Shown: positions 60,378 to 64,000 of the stretch, in pieces
Layout of the letters: every line of letters starts with the position of its first letter
Numbering within the stretch: position 1 is the stretch's first letter
DNA from: Macrostomum lignano
Lineage: Eukaryota
Length of the DNA: 64,000 bases
Assembly: GCA_002269645.1 (NCBI GenBank)
Contig: NIVC01002950.1
Span: forward strand, 64,919-128,918
Reading direction: 5' to 3'
Position numbers and translations under genes: made by a program
Notes under the pieces: generated by a model
The model's input: only the letters and a program-made list of their open reading frames with translations
Database searches by the model: none
What the model was told of the DNA's origin: nothing

Positions 60378-60640
60378 GTGAATGAAACCCACAGAACTAT
60401 GGTTGGAAGCTTGTGAACAGATCTATAGTTTATTACACTGTGAACAGTTAGTAGGCTAGTAAACTTCTAGGACCAGCAGCGAAACTGTCAGATCTTCGTG
60501 AGAAGGTAGGAAGCTCAGAAAGGGAAGCTAGTTGTCCTCTATGACTAGATACGAACCCAATAAAACTCCGTGACTACGAGCTAAAAGAGAACCAACCACC
60601 CAGGAAGCAAACCAATGACCCACTATAACCGCACTTACAG

Positions 60641-61442
60641 GTATCGCTGGCAGCGCAGCAGGTGGCTCCGCTATTGCCCGGTGGCCCTGTACGAAGGCTC
60701 CCTGGTACCCGGCAAACCGGAGTTCTGCTGCAGCTTCCTCAACAAGATTTACTGCCTCTCGTCTCTCGAAGCTTTGGCCAAGTTCACTAAAAATCCCCGA
60801 CCGTACTTGCTGCCGCCGCAGCCGCGTCCTCCGGTCAAGGTGGTAGTTTCTGGACCGCCACATTCGGGCAAAACGTCTACGGCATTCCTCTTAGCCGAAC
60901 GGTACAACGCCAAGGTGATCGACTTCGAAGCGCTGATGCTGCCGCGGATCGAAGCAGCAGATTCGGCTCGACTGGAGAAAGTCCGCTCAGAGGCCACGGC
61001 TCTGGCCATAGAGATTGTCCGCGCCAAACTGCGCGAGGCGGCCGCGGCGGCCAAGCAAGCGGCGGAGAGGGCCAAGCAGGAAGCTGAGGAGGCCCGACGG
61101 GCAGCCGAAGCGGCCAAAGGTGGCGAAGCTGAAGGCGAGGAGGAAGGCGAAGGCGAGGGCGACGGAGAAGGTGAGGAAAATGGCGAAGCAGAGGAGGCGA
61201 AGAAGGAGGAAGAGGGGGCCGCGGCAGCTCCGGAGCCCGACGGGACAAACACCGCCGCCGCCGATGTTGGCGCAGTCGAGGGCGGCGAGGAAGAAGAGCA
61301 GGACGAGCCTCTGCCGGAAGTGGACGCCCAGCATCCGGAAGTGGTGGCCATAGTTGAGGCCAAAGTCAAGGAGGCGGCTAGTGCGAAGGCTACACTGGAT
61401 GCAGAGATTTACGTCGAAGTTCTGGAGGATGCCATTCGTCAG
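60641..61442 (+). CDS. AK9: Adenylate kinase 9, exon 3 (YHS-like repeat, second P-loop)
   Basis: RYRWQRSRWLRYCPVALYEG...KFTKNPRPYLLPPQPRPP...GPPHSGKTS. Acceptor ttacag|G, donor CAG|gttgg. Confidence 0.93.
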
Positions 61443-61577
61443 GTTGGAGTTTGCCTGTTGTCTGTTTGCTTAGCTGGTTGGCTGGTTGGTTAGTTACTCT
61501 AAGTACTCACTTACAGGGATGCATAAGCAGGCTCAGATAAGAAACTATAGAAAATTCGCTCTGTCGCACCGCCGCAG

Positions 61578-62577
61578 GTGGAACGCGAGCAGCGCCAGTC
61601 GGCTCCAAACGACCAGGGACCCCTAGCCGGCGGCTGGGTGATCGACAATTTCTCGTTGAATCGCGATGTCTGGAACGCCGTGCTCGAGAAGGGCCAAGAG
61701 AAGGGCCTTCTTCCCGACGAGTTGGTGATCCTGCGCGACTCAAGCGACGGCGGCGAGTACCTGCTGCGCCGCTGGTACCAGCGCAACCGCGACTCGGTGC
61801 GCGCCAGCGTCCAGGAGCGCCTGGATCGCGAGGCCGAGGAGAAGCGCCGTCGCGAGGAGGAGGCGCTGCGCAAACTGGAAGAAGAGCGCGCCGAGCAGGA
61901 GCGCCTGGCGCTCGAGGCCGAGCGGCTGGCCAAAGAAGCCGGCGAGAGCGAAGAGGGCGAAGAGGGCGAAGGCGAGGGCGATGGCAAAGCCAAGAAAACT
62001 GCCGAGGAGGAAGGCGAGGAAGAAGAGGAAGAAGAGAACGATGACGAGGAGGAAGAAGAGAAGCGGCCAACCCGCCAGCCCGAGGTGAAATTCCAGGAGC
62101 CGCCTGCGTCCTCCGTCGAGCCTGAGGAGGCCGGCGCTGGAGCGCCGACGCTGACGACGCTGCTGAAGCTCCGGAGGATCCGCTAGACCAGCCGCTGCCG
62201 CCGCCCGGTCCGGAAATTGACGTGGCCAGAGCCAAGCGCAAGGAGTTCGAGTCGAGTTCGCCGGCATAGTTACGGCGGTGCAGAGTAACACCGGCATCGA
62301 CCCCACCGAGGTGGTGATCAACGATCGCACAGAAGAGGACATTGTCAACGAAATTGTTGCCACCATGGAGAAGCCGTTCCGCTATCAGGCCTGGGAGCTC
62401 ACCGGCCAGGACATCGAGGAGGAGGAGGAGGACAACGAGGCGGCCAAGGCGGAAGAGCAGAAGCCCGAGGAAGAGGAGGAGGGCGGCGCCGAGGAGGAGG
62501 AAGATCCCAACCGGGGCAAGAACAAACAGCTGGGCGAGTCCAGCTTCTTCTGTCCAGTCAGCCTCCACGACAATCAG
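61578..62577 (+). CDS. AK9: Adenylate kinase 9, exon 4 (two apparent single-base indels at ~62143 and ~62254)
   Basis: GGWVIDNF...KPFRYQAWE...LGESSFFCPVSLHDNQ, read across two frame changes. Acceptor cgcag|GTG, donor CAG|gtggg. Confidence 0.85.
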
Positions 62578-62694
62578 GTGGGTTGTTTGTGTTTCCTAGA
62601 AACTGACGAAAAGACGTCCTTTTGACATCCAATCTTTAACGCTCAAATCTGGCGCCATCACCCACACTTTCACCTCCTCAATTCCCTAATCCAG

Positions 62695-64000
62695 GTGATG
62701 TGGCCTGGCAACCCGGAGATCGCCGCCAAGTATCGCGGCAAGGTCTATTATTTCGCGTCCAACGAAGCTCGAGACAAGTTCCTCGAACAGCCAGAGCTCT
62801 TCCTGCCAACCGACACGCCATTGAAGCCGCCGCCTCTTCGCCTGCTGATCCTCGGTCCGAAAGGCTCGGGCAAAACTCTGCACTGGAAAGCAGCTGGCCC
62901 GCCGACTTGGCCTGTTTCACATCTCCTTCCGCGACCGGCTGCAAGAAGTTGTGCTGCGGAAAACGCGCAAGCGGATCGGCCCGGATCACGAGGAGCAGCT
63001 GGAGGAGTTGCCTGAGGAGCTGCCCGACCTGCCTGAGACGTCCGTGACCGGACCCGACGGTGAGCCGGTCGAGGTTGAAGAGCCATCGGAGAAGTCGCCG
63101 GAGGAGCCGGACGAGGAGGAGGAAATCTCTTACTCGGATCTGGAGGAGAACGTGAAGAACAACATTGAGAAGCAGGATCCGCTGACTAATGAGTCCTTGG
63201 AGACTCTGCTGACGCAGTTCTGGCGCAGCGAACCGTTCAAGAACACCGGATTCGTGCTCGAAGGCTTCCCAGGACGCCCGAGGAGGCGCAATTCCTCGCC
63301 GAGGCCGGCCTATTCGTCGATGGAGCGATCGTGTTGAACACGGGCGACCAGGAGATCATCGCCCGGATGCTGCCGCCTAAGCTGGAGAAATGGCGCGAGC
63401 GTCGAAAGCAGAAGAACGACATCAAGCAGCGTAACAAGGAGAAGTCGCAGAAGAAGCGCCCAGGAAGCGATGGAGAAGCGACGCAAGGAGCTGCTGAAGG
63501 AGAACGAGGAGGCTCGCAAGGAGCGCCAGGAGCAGCGCAAAGCGGAACGGCAGCAACGCATCGAGGACGGTGAAATCGAGGAGGGCGACGAAGAGGAAGA
63601 AGAAGAAGAGGAGGAGGAAGAGGAGGCCAACGACATCGAAGCGATCCTGGCTGAGGAGTTTGAGGAGGAGGAGGAGATGGAGGATGAGGACGAGAGAGCC
63701 TGAGAGAGGACGCCATCGATCGCTGAAGAACGACATTAACGATGTGTACGACGGCGATCTGAACTCGCTGGACGCTGTCAAGGATGTGCTGGAGGAGATG
63801 CTGATTCCGCGTTTCGTAGTCGAGTCGGGCAAAAGCCGCATATTGTGCGCCACTACATCACACAAGGCCTGCGCTACCTTATCGAGAACCGGCGCAGCAT
63901 CTTCGAGCGAGTTTACCCGGTATCGGAAAAGACCGCGCCCGTCTGCTCACCACCGGCTACAAGCACCTCAGCAGCTTCGGCCACTGGTGCCCAGTCGCTC
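62695..64000 (+). CDS. AK9: Adenylate kinase 9, exon 5 (third P-loop; about 7 apparent indels; continues past the window end)
   Basis: VMWPGNPEIAAKYRGKVYYFAS...LGPKGSGKTLH/GKQLA...GFVLEGFP/RTPEEAQFL...IFERVYPVS...GYKHLSSFGHWCPV, recovered across frame changes. Confidence 0.85.

Noticed and set aside
60528-63865. Numerous overlapping antisense and alternate-frame ORFs over AK9
   Set aside because: Shadow ORFs of GC-rich, Glu-rich coding sequence; the plus-strand pieces are fragments of one frameshifted AK9 frame.
62140-64000. Programmed ribosomal frameshifting or RNA editing in AK9
   Set aside because: There are too many shifts, of mixed sign, without slippery heptamers or stimulators, and they are confined to one segment. 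Consensus error is far more parsimonious.

Overview
Eukaryotic, spliced (GT-AG) animal genomic DNA with no prokaryotic features. GC-rich exons lie in AT-rich, repeat-filled introns. The gene content (a universal stress protein exon, an RTE-like LINE, a divergent DEG/ENaC channel, TTAGGG-like repeat) fits a free-living flatworm such as Macrostomum, but that is inference. I reconstructed these genes by hand from the ORF track plus splice sites: (1) a myosuppressin/DMSR-type class A GPCR (-, 2 exons, 435 aa); (2) the C-terminal 837 aa of MON2 (+, 5 exons, 12432-32209; the N-terminal half was not found in the window); (3) an unrecognised spliced gene (-, 33362 to ~35720); (4) a frameshifted USP last exon; (5) a Cys-rich type I membrane protein (+, 4 exons, ~317 aa after one frame correction); (6) a second peptide-type class A GPCR (-, 2 exons, 350 aa); (7) a DEG/ENaC channel (-, 4 exons, 599 aa); (8) adenylate kinase 9 (+, at least 5 exons, running off the window end, with about 9 single-base frameshifts in its 3' part). 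There are also decayed RTE-type LINE and Gypsy integrase fragments. The dominant unexplained structure is about 30 tandem arrays, each with its own unit (3-238 bp). Most begin or end within roughly 15-120 nt of a splice site or stop codon. Several are visibly copied from adjacent functional sequence: a splice donor, a GPCR's last codons plus stop plus a poly(A) signal, and an integrase codon stretch. Most very long ORFs in the track are repeat artefacts. All coordinates were read by eye; repeat edges are approximate (about +/-20 nt).
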